DNA of 64,000 nt, taken from Saccharospirillaceae bacterium (GTDB lineage Bacteria; Pseudomonadota; Gammaproteobacteria; Pseudomonadales; Oceanobacteraceae). The translations under genes and the position numbers were made by a program. Under the pieces are notes generated by a model, which made no database searches, was not told where the DNA came from, and worked only from the letters and a program-made list of their open reading frames with translations. Shown one piece after another: positions 47,661 through 57,369 of the stretch. Numbering within the stretch: position 1 is the stretch's first letter; each line of letters begins with the position of its first letter. Location of the stretch: assembly GCA_022448365.1 (NCBI GenBank), contig JAKVCS010000004.1, forward strand, positions 544,458 through 608,457, in the 5' to 3' direction.

Positions 47661-48470
47661 TTAAATTTTTGGGTGTGCGCTGCTGAAGTTTACATCGCGG
47701 GCAACTTTGCGTTTATTTTTTGGACGATAGACGTGGGCCTGACTTTCGTCATATAAGTAGGAATCGGCAAAATCGTCACTGGCCAATACATGACCGACCA
47801 GAATTAACGATGTTCGGGTAAATTTCTTTTGCCGAACCTTTTCGACAATATCCTTCAGCGTACCCATGACCTTATCCTGATCTTCCCATGAGGTGCGGTA
47901 ACATACCGCTACCGGACAATCCTCACCGTAATGTGGAATTAATTCATCGACTATTTTATGTATCCGTGTAATACCCAGATGAATCGCCAGTGTCGCACCG
48001 CTGGCAGCCAGGGCAGGTAAACGTTCTCGCTCAGGAAAGGGCGTCTTACCCTCATAACGGGTCATAATAACGGTTTGCGAAACACCAGAAAGAGTCAACT
48101 CTTTACCCAACCAGGCAGCAGATGCTGAAGTGGCGGTAACACCCGGGATAATTTCGAAATCAATATTTAACTGCTTTAAGCGTCGGATTTGCTCACCGAT
48201 GGCACCATAGACTGATGGATCGCCACTGTGAACTCTGGCGACATCCTGACCTTTACTTGCGGCTTGTTGAATATGTCCGATAATTTCGTCAAGGCTCAGC
48301 GATGCGGTATCAATAATACATTCGGCACTGTCTTCAACATCAGCCATAATGGCACGCGGAACGAGAGAACCCGCATATAAAATTACCGGACAAGCATTAA
48401 TGCGTTTCTGAGCTTTAACGGTGATTAATTCCGGGTCTCCCGGACCTGCTCCAATAAAGTAAACCTTCAT
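47661..48470 (-). CDS. cobM: Precorrin-4 C11-methyltransferase
   Basis: VYFIGAGPGDPELIT, YAGSLV, RVHSGDPSVYGAIGEQ, ELTLSGVSQTVI and ATLAIHL motifs. Confidence 0.96.
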   Translation of the reverse strand: MKVYFIGAGPGDPELITVKAQKRINACPVILYAGSLVPRAIMADVEDSAECIIDTASLSLDEIIGHIQQAASKGQDVARVHSGDPSVYGAIGEQIRRLKQLNIDFEIIPGVTATSASAAWLGKELTLSGVSQTVIMTRYEGKTPFPERERLPALAASGATLAIHLGITRIHKIVDELIPHYGEDCPVAVCYRTSWEDQDKVMGTLKDIVEKVRQKKFTRTSLILVGHVLASDDFADSYLYDESQAHVYRPKNKRKVARDVNFSSAHPKI

Positions 48471-49258
48471 AGTTTTTTACTGTAACCCCGCGGTGTATAA
48501 ATCCAATGCTTTTCTCCATTGATAATATGGCGTGACTCGCTGTTGCCGACACTCACCAGTGTGAACATATCAACATCGTTGGCATCGAGATTTTCAAGTG
48601 TCGTAATGGTAATACACTCGTCTTCCCGGGTTAGTTGTCGTCCCAATAATACGGGAGTATTACCAGGGCGGTATTGCAACAGAATGTCGCGGGCACTATT
48701 TATTTGCCAGTCACGTTTCTTCGATCTTGGATTGTAAAACGATACAACAAAGTCGCCGCTACCGCATGCATGTAAGCGCTTTTCAATGGTTTGCCACGGC
48801 GTTAATAAATCCGACAGCGAAATGGTACAAAAGTCATGCCCTAGCATAGCGCCGACACGGCTGGCTCCGGCTTGCATGGCGGATATACCCGGGACAACCT
48901 CAATGTCCACATCAAGCCATTGCGCTGATAGCAGCGATTCGGTTTCTTTTCCCTGTAGCTGCAGGTCAAGGAGTTCAAACACCAGTGTCGCCATGGCATA
49001 AATACCAATATCGCCACTTGAGATCAGGGCGGTATTATTACCCTGGGCGGCGAGATCAAGCGCCAGGCGTGCACGACCAATCTCCTCTCCTAATGGCAGA
49101 TCATGGTGTCGTTTGCCATTGCATACGTCTCCAAGTAAATCCAGGTATAAACCATAAGCAACCAGATCACTGCATTGTGATAGTGCATAACTGGCCTTGG
49201 GTGCAACGAGATCACGATCACCGGGACCGGTACTGATTAAAAATAATTTTCCACTCAT
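48467..49258 (-). CDS. cobJ: Precorrin-3B C17-methyltransferase
   Basis: SSGDIGIYAMA, HDFCTISLSDLLTPW, FYNPRS and YTPRGY motifs. Confidence 0.95.
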   Translation of the reverse strand: MSGKLFLISTGPGDRDLVAPKASYALSQCSDLVAYGLYLDLLGDVCNGKRHHDLPLGEEIGRARLALDLAAQGNNTALISSGDIGIYAMATLVFELLDLQLQGKETESLLSAQWLDVDIEVVPGISAMQAGASRVGAMLGHDFCTISLSDLLTPWQTIEKRLHACGSGDFVVSFYNPRSKKRDWQINSARDILLQYRPGNTPVLLGRQLTREDECITITTLENLDANDVDMFTLVSVGNSESRHIINGEKHWIYTPRGYSKKL

Positions 49259-50058
49259 AAACTGCTTTTTATCTCAGATTGTTTATTAGGGTAGACCCGG
49301 GCAATAGCACAGGTTGCCTTTGCATTTTTTTGTTTTTCCACCAGTAATTCGGCAGAGGATGCCGCTAACCGATCGCCCGCTAATAACGCGCTGGATTCCG
49401 CAACACCGGCAACGCCAACAGTATCGAATACGTATTGAGAAGGATTTTTCAGTCGTGCGGAGACGGTATTAAGGTCAGCTACTGTCCAGGTTGAGAATGG
49501 ACGCTGATATTTCTGCGCGATTGTAATCATGGCACGCTCGTCGGCCTTTAAGTCGATGCTATTAAAGCTGTGGACTTGATCAATCGTAATGTCTGCTTGC
49601 TTCAGGCAGTCATGAATGAGACTTTCCAGGTATTCAGCAGGACAGTTACGTTCGCACCCCAAACCCAGCGTATATTGTGGCGAAATATAGTTGTTGGCAG
49701 TGGTTGAAACCCATGTCGCCCCGAGTTTCATGGCAATCTTATGACCCCAGTCGTTAGCACCGCCCTCATGACCAGAGAGTAGGGGGATTACAAATTGTCC
49801 TGCTTCATCCACGGCGAGAACGGCCGGATCACGATATTTATCAGTCAGCACTGGGGCCAGAGTGCGAATAATGATGCCAGTAGCGCATATCGCTATCAGG
49901 CGTTCGCCTTGTTGATAAGCGCGCTGCACGATCTCGGCAAAAGGCTTTGGTTTAAATAAAATCTGGCATTCCGCCCCCTGATTCGTAACGATTTTTTGCA
50001 ATCGCTGCGCCAGCAAAATGCCGGCTTCTGTCAGAGCAATTATTTTGACGGGACTCAT
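49255..50058 (-). CDS. cbiG: Cobalt-precorrin-5A hydrolase (compact CbiG, N- and C-domains)
   Basis: ATGIIIR, DPAVLAVDEAG, PLLSGHEGGAN, LGLGCER, SIDLKADE and GVAESSAL motifs. Confidence 0.9.
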   Translation of the reverse strand: MSPVKIIALTEAGILLAQRLQKIVTNQGAECQILFKPKPFAEIVQRAYQQGERLIAICATGIIIRTLAPVLTDKYRDPAVLAVDEAGQFVIPLLSGHEGGANDWGHKIAMKLGATWVSTTANNYISPQYTLGLGCERNCPAEYLESLIHDCLKQADITIDQVHSFNSIDLKADERAMITIAQKYQRPFSTWTVADLNTVSARLKNPSQYVFDTVGVAGVAESSALLAGDRLAASSAELLVEKQKNAKATCAIARVYPNKQSEIKSSL

Positions 50059-50062
50059 ACAA

Positions 50063-50773
50063 TTAATCCGGCCGCTGGTTTGCAGTTACAATAAACAGGG
50101 AAAAATAAGGCCCCTTTGATTCAGGCAATTCAGCAACATCATAAACGATATTTTGCTGCTCACGGCCTACATACTCAAGATAGCGAGCGTCACGCATACG
50201 ATTACTCTGACGCAGTGCCTGAATAATTTTAGCGCGATAGGGACCTGCTTTCATGATTACCAGGCTGTGGTGTTGCTCAAGTGCTTGTATAAGCTGGGCT
50301 TGTGTATGACGCCCATTAAGAATAGCAACAGATTCCGTGAGCATTGACAGTGGCATTTGTAACTCAGCTGATGCCGCGGTAAAAGAAGTGATGCCTGGTA
50401 TAACCTGCGTGCTTATGTCCTCGTCGCTCAATCGTTCGAGCAGATAACTGAATGAACCGTAAAAAAGCGGATCCCCCTCGCATAAGAATGTGACGGATTT
50501 GCCCCGATGGATAAACTCACGTATACATTGTGCCGCATTGTCATAAACTGCATTTGCTTCGGTACGATCGTTTTTCATCGGCATCGTCACCGGAAAGTGA
50601 ACAGCATCGCTGTCTGCAAGCGCGAGTTGGGCAATCTCCAGCGCCTGGGATTCTCCATCATGATTACATAAGTAAGCAACCACGTCAGACTGCTGAATAA
50701 TCCGCATCGCCTTCAGAGTCAGCAGTTCTGGATCACCCGGACCAACACCAACACCAACAAATTGAGCGCTCAT
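50063..50773 (-). CDS. cobI: Precorrin-2 C20-methyltransferase
   Basis: GVGVGPGDPELLTLKA, LCEGDPLFYGSF, VIPGITS and VIMK motifs; PYFSL near the C-terminus. Confidence 0.94.
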   Translation of the reverse strand: MSAQFVGVGVGPGDPELLTLKAMRIIQQSDVVAYLCNHDGESQALEIAQLALADSDAVHFPVTMPMKNDRTEANAVYDNAAQCIREFIHRGKSVTFLCEGDPLFYGSFSYLLERLSDEDISTQVIPGITSFTAASAELQMPLSMLTESVAILNGRHTQAQLIQALEQHHSLVIMKAGPYRAKIIQALRQSNRMRDARYLEYVGREQQNIVYDVAELPESKGPYFSLFIVTANQRPD

Positions 50774-52068
50774 GCTGACTCTCCAAAAGGTATTTTTTCA
50801 AAGCTGAATAACGTCACTGGCAGATTGGGTCGATATAACATGTGTCCTGCCAGTTGTTCACCCCGGCTGACACTCAGCTGGAGAGTTTCACAGCGAGTCT
50901 GATATCTTTTATTGTCAGTCGATAAAGCAGACATTTGCTGAAGCGATTGATAAAACTGCAGCAGGATATGTTTACTGTCTTCTGTTACTGCACTGGCAAC
51001 TATAATGCTGCGTTGATCCGATAACACAGGCAGTTGTTGCCAGCATTGCTTAAGAAGTAATTCCAGCTCACCATCGCTGCCACCAATAAATATTTTATTC
51101 GCGACCGGTAAATCAGTTAACACCTCGGGCGCACGCCGCTGGAGTGGCTTCAGATTTTGACTGACGCCAAAACGTTTTTGATTTTGCTGCAGGCATTGAA
51201 AGCGTTGGCTGTGATGTTCGATTGCATACACCGTTTGCTGTTGATTCCAGTAGGCCCATTCAACCGCAAGTGCTCCGCAGCCAGCACCAATATCCCAGCC
51301 GGTATCACCATTAGCCGGTTGTAATAAGGTTAATGCTGCAAGCCGGATTTCGCGTTTAGTGATCAGCCCTTTTCCCGGTGCTTTACCGGTAATAAATTCT
51401 TCGTCGGGAATACCGGGAAACTGTGGAAAACAGCGGGAAACCCCATGTGTTTTTATAACGCTGACTTGCAGTTCAGGAAATTTTTGATCGAGTTCACTGA
51501 GGTCGACGGCGATAAAGTTCTGTATCTGCTCCTGCGGATACCCCATATCACTGAGGATTGTGATTTCTGCTTGATGATATCCTGCCGCCACACACTCCTG
51601 GGCCAGGCGCTGTGGATGGCTGTGCTGGTCGGTGAGAATCAGCAGAGTTTGATGATCTTTAAGTGCGGAGCGGATATTTTCGGGCGGTCGTCCATGCAGT
51701 GATAAAATCTGACAGTCCTGAAATGAAATTTTCAGACGGTGACAAGCCGCCTGTAAACTGGACGGTGCTGGATGGAAGCGCAGCCACAAAGGATTGAATT
51801 GTCGCGTCAACCAGCGGCCAATACCAAACAGCAGTGGATCGCCTGAAGCCAGAATCACCAGCTCATTTTTTTCAATATCGAAGGTATTTATCAGCTGTTC
51901 GAGATCCGCTAATTTCGGGAGCACGTTACTGGGTTGCTGATGCAGTGCCGCGACACTTGCCAACTGTCGTTGTGAACCAATAACACAGTCAGCCTGTTGC
52001 AGAGCCGCAAGGGACTGTTGACTGAGCGATACCGGGTGATCAATTCCAAGGCCAATAATATGCAGCAT
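50770..52068 (-). CDS. cobL: Precorrin-6B C5,15-methyltransferase (CbiE-CbiT fusion)
   Basis: LASGDPLLFGIG, SLHGR, ITKREIR, WDIGAGCG and IFIGGS motifs. Confidence 0.94.
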   Translation of the reverse strand: MLHIIGLGIDHPVSLSQQSLAALQQADCVIGSQRQLASVAALHQQPSNVLPKLADLEQLINTFDIEKNELVILASGDPLLFGIGRWLTRQFNPLWLRFHPAPSSLQAACHRLKISFQDCQILSLHGRPPENIRSALKDHQTLLILTDQHSHPQRLAQECVAAGYHQAEITILSDMGYPQEQIQNFIAVDLSELDQKFPELQVSVIKTHGVSRCFPQFPGIPDEEFITGKAPGKGLITKREIRLAALTLLQPANGDTGWDIGAGCGALAVEWAYWNQQQTVYAIEHHSQRFQCLQQNQKRFGVSQNLKPLQRRAPEVLTDLPVANKIFIGGSDGELELLLKQCWQQLPVLSDQRSIIVASAVTEDSKHILLQFYQSLQQMSALSTDNKRYQTRCETLQLSVSRGEQLAGHMLYRPNLPVTLFSFEKIPFGESA

Positions 52069-52736
52069 CAGTAAATCTCTCCGCGGTTAATCCGCAGTAA
52101 AGCATTACAGGCAGCACTGGAGACAGCGCTACCGCCCTGATTTCCCATCAAGGTAATACATTCTATTTCCAGTCGCTTATGCTCTTCCCACAGTGCTTGT
52201 TTGGACTCTGCAGCGCCAATAAAGCCCACAGGCATCCCAATGACAAGAGCGGGTTTTACGCGTTCGTATTCTTCTTTATCAGCTTCACGTAATTGCTCCA
52301 GGTTTTCCAATAAACGGAACAATGCGGTTGGCGCATTCCCGATAACAACGACACTTCCCGGCAACACCTCTCGCCAGAATTTAACGGCTGCCATAGAACG
52401 GGTTTCACCGGTTTTTTTTGCCAGTTCAGCGGTTCTCGGATCATTCAGGAAACACAGTGGTGGTTGTTGAATCATACGCTTGGTGATTCCTTGCTTCACC
52501 ATTTCAACGTCACACAAAATATGTGCCTTGTTTTTTAAGGCGGTCAGGCCTCGCTCACAAGCTGCGGCGCTGAAGCGGATGTTGTCGGCAACGTCAGGCA
52601 TACCAATACTATGAACAATACGCATCACGACCTGCTGCTGATGATTGTCGAAGGAGGATAAATCGGTTTGCTCACGAATCGTGATAAAGCTGTTTTTCTC
52701 GATCTGTTGCGGATCAATAATGTAGTCAAAGGGCAT
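52068..52736 (-). CDS. cobH: Precorrin-8X methylmutase
   Basis: IEKNSF, ETRSMAA, VIGNAPTALFRL, GMPVGFIGAAESK and GGSA motifs. Confidence 0.96.
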   Translation of the reverse strand: MPFDYIIDPQQIEKNSFITIREQTDLSSFDNHQQQVVMRIVHSIGMPDVADNIRFSAAACERGLTALKNKAHILCDVEMVKQGITKRMIQQPPLCFLNDPRTAELAKKTGETRSMAAVKFWREVLPGSVVVIGNAPTALFRLLENLEQLREADKEEYERVKPALVIGMPVGFIGAAESKQALWEEHKRLEIECITLMGNQGGSAVSSAACNALLRINRGEIY

Positions 52737-53574
52737 TATTTAAGTCCTGAAAGTGTTGTACAGCCCGAAGACAAGCCGAAAGCTCTGAAAAGGTACGTTG
52801 AGCGCTATGCAATGTCGGTCTGGCGAGCATAAATACGGGAATGTTCAGTTCTGTAGCGGCCGTCAGTTTTGCTTCAGATGAGGTCGCGCCGCTGTTTTTG
52901 CAAATAATTGCCTGAACGTTATGTTGTTTTAATAACGCTATTTCAGCACTGAGGTCAAAGGGGCCGATATCAGAAATCCAGTGACACTTCTCCGGTAACT
53001 GAACAGGGGCATGAATCGAGCGCAGCAGATACGAGACGGAGCTGCCTTTCTTTTCTGAATTACTGAAACGCGATAAAGCATCAACGGTTGATTTATCCAA
53101 CTGGCCCAGTGCGAGGAATATTTGTCCGTTAATTCTGTGTTGCGTTACCGCCTCAAGCACGCCTTCCATTGACTCATATTGCCATCGTTGCAACGCATCG
53201 GATGTTGGCCATGGCAAATGATGTAAACGCCAGAAGGGTATCTTGGTCGTAATCGATGTTTGCCACGCCTGTCGGCTGATGGCCGCTGCAAATGCATGAG
53301 TGGCATCAATGATCAGATCAATCGCCTGTTGCTTGCAGACGTGAAATAAACCATCGTGATGGCAATTATTGTCAGCTAATGATGTTTTAAGGAACCTGGG
53401 GCATTGGTCATTGGCAGCATATTGTGAGAACCCACCGCTGATGACAGCACAGTTCAGGTTTGGCTGGCGAACACGGCCAGCAATGCTGTACGTGACATGA
53501 ATACCATGTACTTGGGACAGTGCTTGCGCCAGTTGTTTAGCAAGGGCCGTACCGCCAAGGATCAGAATATTCAT
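52726..53574 (-). CDS. cobK: Precorrin-6A reductase
   Basis: ILILGGT, SIAGR, IDATHAFAAAIS, GPF...E.ALL, KNSG and KLTAA motifs. Confidence 0.92.
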   Translation of the reverse strand: MNILILGGTALAKQLAQALSQVHGIHVTYSIAGRVRQPNLNCAVISGGFSQYAANDQCPRFLKTSLADNNCHHDGLFHVCKQQAIDLIIDATHAFAAAISRQAWQTSITTKIPFWRLHHLPWPTSDALQRWQYESMEGVLEAVTQHRINGQIFLALGQLDKSTVDALSRFSNSEKKGSSVSYLLRSIHAPVQLPEKCHWISDIGPFDLSAEIALLKQHNVQAIICKNSGATSSEAKLTAATELNIPVFMLARPTLHSAQRTFSELSACLRAVQHFQDLNNAL

Positions 53575-54755
53575 AGCAATGGACTGGCGCCCAAAGGCGG
53601 CGTTGCGAAGGCGTTGCTTGATCCCACCAGATCACCCTGGCGATTAATCGCCAGTATTTCCAGTTTCATGTGCTCCGGTAAATAGCGGCTGGCAAAGGTG
53701 TGTGCTTTGTGACACAGCGCATCTGCAAGTGGAATGTCGTTCTGCTGACACCATGCGAGTGCTTCGATACTGGTATTCGCTGCGATGATTTTTTCGCACA
53801 GGTCACTATCAGCGCCGATTTCAGCAGCGGTATTGCTGATAAATGTCAGATCGATTGAAGAAGCGCGGCTGTGCAGATCAAGATGCCCCTGAGCCAGTTT
53901 GGATATTTTTCCGAATCCGCCCGACAAACTCAGATGAGTAATTTTCTGATTGTTGCGCAGATACTTCAGCAGAGCGCCGGCAAAGTCGCCCATTTCAATC
54001 AATGCCATATCGGCTAATTGATGGCGTTTAACTAACAAACGCTCGCTGCTGGTGCCGGTACTGGCTCCAATATGACGATGGTTATTATGGCTTGCGACAT
54101 CAACACCCTGATGAATGCTGGCGATAAATGCGGCGCAGGAAAACGGTCTGACAATACCGGTTGTTCCCAGAATGGATAAACCACCGACAATACCCAATCG
54201 GGGATTCATCGTTTTTTGAGCAATTTTTTCGCCGTCCCGAACACCAATGGCAACCTCAAAACCGCCGGCGTAGTTGTAGTGTTTCGCCTGGATCTGTAAG
54301 TGTTGGCAGATCATTTGTCGTGGCACCGGATTGATGGCTGGCTCGCCCACGGCTAGGGACAGGCCTTCACGGGTAACCGTGCCGACACCTTCCGCGGCAC
54401 GAAATGCAATACCGGGCTGCTCGGTTAAATGCAGCTCAGCAATGATTTCGGCACCATGGGTGACGTCAGGATCATCGCCTGCATCTTTAATCGTACTGGT
54501 CCGAACCGCGCGATCAGAGCCTTCGATGGGTTGATAACCTTCGATCATCAGCTCGGCATATTTTTCCGCCTCGGCGGAGGTATCGGTTGTTTGTTTACGG
54601 CGTTTTTGTGGCAGTAGGACTGAAACCGTTTTGGGTTTTCTGTTACCCAATAAAAACTCCGCAGCTGCGACACAACAGGCCGTTGCGCAGCAGCCTGTGG
54701 TGTAGCCGGTACGCAGTGCTTTTGTCGGACTGGTCTCCTGACTTTCGGGCCACAC
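53571..54755 (-). CDS. cbiD: Cobalt-precorrin-5B C1-methyltransferase (likely GTG start at 54755)
   Basis: LRTGYTTGCCATA, KDAGDDPDVTHG, GVGTVTREGL, AINPVPR and LGIVGGLSILGTTG motifs. Confidence 0.95.
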   Translation of the reverse strand: MWPESQETSPTKALRTGYTTGCCATACCVAAAEFLLGNRKPKTVSVLLPQKRRKQTTDTSAEAEKYAELMIEGYQPIEGSDRAVRTSTIKDAGDDPDVTHGAEIIAELHLTEQPGIAFRAAEGVGTVTREGLSLAVGEPAINPVPRQMICQHLQIQAKHYNYAGGFEVAIGVRDGEKIAQKTMNPRLGIVGGLSILGTTGIVRPFSCAAFIASIHQGVDVASHNNHRHIGASTGTSSERLLVKRHQLADMALIEMGDFAGALLKYLRNNQKITHLSLSGGFGKISKLAQGHLDLHSRASSIDLTFISNTAAEIGADSDLCEKIIAANTSIEALAWCQQNDIPLADALCHKAHTFASRYLPEHMKLEILAINRQGDLVGSSNAFATPPLGASPLL

Positions 54756-54766
54756 AGGATAAAGTC

Positions 54767-55450
54767 TCAGGTCGCCTGATACAGCCAGAAGCCACCAATA
54801 GCGATGGCCGCACCTGCAATGATCTGACGACAAATCATAAACAGGCGAATCGATTTTTGCTGTAACTGTTTCTGCACGTGTCCGAAGATCAGTCCAAAGG
54901 TGACCATGGATACCAGAACACCGGCAGAAAATAACAGTAGGTATGCTAAGGCCGTACTGGTTTCGGCCTGGATCATGGCCGGAATTAAGGCCAGAGCAGG
55001 TGCACTGCCGGCCAAGCCATGAAGTACACCCACCATGACCGGAGTATGTGCTTCCTGAAACTGATGTTGCGGTGTCTGTTCATGGCCATCAACGCGAATA
55101 TGGGTATGACGTAAGGTTCCGTGACTATGAGTTGTAATACTCAGCTTTTCTTTACGGAATTGCCAGAAACACACCATTCCTAAAACAATCAGCAGAACAC
55201 CAACGCTGGATTCGGCCACACGCTGCACAGGTTCAGGTAATGCAATGCCCAAACCAAATAACAGCATACCGAGAATCAGTAACACGCCACCATGACCCAC
55301 TGCCCAATTAGCACTGAACTTTAATGTGCGGCGCAGGCCGGGTTGACGGTTACTCAATGCAGAAACAGCCATCACATGATCAGCATCCAGTGCGTGTAAC
55401 AGTCCTAACCCTAGCCCGGTGAATAAAAGTGTCATAATTTCTGGAGTCAT
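54767..55450 (-). CDS. RcnA/UreH-type (NiCoT superfamily) Co/Ni transporter
   Basis: GLLHALDADHVMAV, WAVGHG, a His-rich loop (HSHGTLRHTH) and VGVLHGLAGS. Confidence 0.88.
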   Translation of the reverse strand: MTPEIMTLLFTGLGLGLLHALDADHVMAVSALSNRQPGLRRTLKFSANWAVGHGGVLLILGMLLFGLGIALPEPVQRVAESSVGVLLIVLGMVCFWQFRKEKLSITTHSHGTLRHTHIRVDGHEQTPQHQFQEAHTPVMVGVLHGLAGSAPALALIPAMIQAETSTALAYLLLFSAGVLVSMVTFGLIFGHVQKQLQQKSIRLFMICRQIIAGAAIAIGGFWLYQAT

Positions 55451-56790
55451 ATTGAGGGTACTTCCTGGTAGCCAAACAATTTAGCGATGGCGAGTGGATT
55501 GGATGGAAAAAATAAGTGCAAATAGCTGGCCGTTAACCGATTTTGGCGAAACACAGCCTCGCCGGGGGCGCTGTGCCGCTGACGTTTGCCATAGGAGATT
55601 GCTTCAGGCGTACCATGGGCAAGTGACCTGTGGTGCGCGTGTGCTCGCACATTCCCTTCCGGTAATGGTGCGGTTTGCATGCCCTGGCAGCCGCGCTTAC
55701 CACGCATCGCTCCATGACCGGTTAATGCGGCTGCCATCGGATATTGTTGATCGTTCAGGTCTGTCAGCGTTTCGAGACAGTATAAGAAACCCCCACATTC
55801 AGCCAATACCGGCAACCCAGATTGAACCGATTCACGAATTTGCTGCAACATTTGGGTATTTTCTGACAATGACCGAGCGTGTAACTCAGGGTAGCCGCCA
55901 GGTAACCAAATGGCGTCGCAAGCCGGGAGTTCATGATCTGACAAAGGGGAGAAGTAACAGACCTTGGCCCCCATTTTTCTGAGTAAATCGACATTTGCCT
56001 GATAAATAAAACTGAACGCATTATCTTTGGCAATTGCGATGGTTTTTCCAGCTAATGCCTGATCAATGTTGTCGCAGCCCCCGGAATAACTGTCAACGGC
56101 ATAAAACTCGGTAGCGGGTAGCGATTGTATTAACGGTAATAGACCCGCCAGCTGTAAAGCATCTGCGGCTGCTTCAAATCTTTGTTCCAGCTCTTGATGT
56201 ATCTCGTTTGCCTGGACCAGTCCCAGATGTCTCTCTGGTAGCGCGATATTCTCTGCCCGTGGCAAATTCGCCCACAGCGGTAAACACTCGGGTAAATTGT
56301 CTTCAATTAACTCCCGATGCCTTGCGGTACTGCAGTGGTTGGCTATCAGCCCGGTGACTGTGATGTCCTGACGAAATGAAGCCAATCCTGAAGCCACGGC
56401 TGCGGCTGTTTGTGCCATGCCTTTGACATCCATGACCAGCACCATAGGAATATTAAAACGCGCTGCAAGATCTGCACTTGAAGGAGTGCCATCGAACATT
56501 CCCATCGCACCTTCGACAATAATCAGATCGTTTTGCTGAGCGGCTTCAAAGAAACGCTGCTGGCAATACTGGTCGCCTGCCATCCACAGGTCAAGAGGTT
56601 CGACTGCCTGACCCGACGCTTGCTCCAGAATCTGAGGATCGAGATAGTCCGGTCCACACTTAAAGACTTTTACCTTACATTGCTGGCGTTTCAGTAACCG
56701 GGCAATACCCGCAGTGATCGTGGTTTTGCCCTGACCGGATGCAGGCGCCGTTAAAAATACGGCGGGACATGTTGCTGGAGGCTGTTGCAT
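55447..56790 (-). CDS. cobB: Cobyrinate a,c-diamide synthase
   Basis: APASGQGKTT, FKCGPDYLDP, EGAMGMFDG, LPERHLGL, GGYPEL and AECGG motifs. Confidence 0.96.
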   Translation of the reverse strand: MQQPPATCPAVFLTAPASGQGKTTITAGIARLLKRQQCKVKVFKCGPDYLDPQILEQASGQAVEPLDLWMAGDQYCQQRFFEAAQQNDLIIVEGAMGMFDGTPSSADLAARFNIPMVLVMDVKGMAQTAAAVASGLASFRQDITVTGLIANHCSTARHRELIEDNLPECLPLWANLPRAENIALPERHLGLVQANEIHQELEQRFEAAADALQLAGLLPLIQSLPATEFYAVDSYSGGCDNIDQALAGKTIAIAKDNAFSFIYQANVDLLRKMGAKVCYFSPLSDHELPACDAIWLPGGYPELHARSLSENTQMLQQIRESVQSGLPVLAECGGFLYCLETLTDLNDQQYPMAAALTGHGAMRGKRGCQGMQTAPLPEGNVRAHAHHRSLAHGTPEAISYGKRQRHSAPGEAVFRQNRLTASYLHLFFPSNPLAIAKLFGYQEVPSI

Positions 56791-56802
56791 GGAGGTTGCC
56801 TG

Positions 56803-57360
56803 CTATTCGGGTTGGTGGCGACTTTTCCACAGTATTTCTGAACCATTCTCGCGCCGTGCGAAGACGCGTGCCGCTACAAATAGCAGATCCGACAGACGAT
56901 TAACATAGCGCAATGCCAGTGGGTTCAGTTCATCAACCTGGTTAAGCTGGACTAATGAGCGCTCTGCCCGGCGACATACAGTACGCGTCATATGGCACAA
57001 AGCTGCTGCTTTGCTGCCTCCGGGGAGAATAAAATCTTTGAGCGGAGGCAAGGTATCGTTCAGTGCTTCCAGATGATCTTCCAGATCTGAGATCAGAACT
57101 TCCTGCAACGCATTAAAGCCTGGTACGGATAACTCACCGCCAAGATCAAACAAATCGTGCTGAATCTGATGAAGCAGAGGAATCAAAGCGTCTGCTTCAT
57201 CCAGTTCAGCTCTGAGCATACCAACCCAGGAATTCAGCTCATCAACATCACCAATGGCATGCATGCGCTCGCTGCTCTTACTGATGCGTGATCCATCGCC
57301 TAGCCCTGTTTCCCCTTTGTCGCCCGTTTTGGTAGCGATTTTAGAAAGTCGGTTGCCCAT
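56803..57360 (-). CDS. PduO-type ATP:cob(I)alamin adenosyltransferase
   Basis: KIATKTGDKGETGL, GDVDELNS, IQHDLFDLG, FILPGG, RTVCRRAER and YVNRLSD motifs. Confidence 0.95.
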   Translation of the reverse strand: MGNRLSKIATKTGDKGETGLGDGSRISKSSERMHAIGDVDELNSWVGMLRAELDEADALIPLLHQIQHDLFDLGGELSVPGFNALQEVLISDLEDHLEALNDTLPPLKDFILPGGSKAAALCHMTRTVCRRAERSLVQLNQVDELNPLALRYVNRLSDLLFVAARVFARRENGSEILWKSRHQPE

Positions 57361-57369
57361 GTGAATACC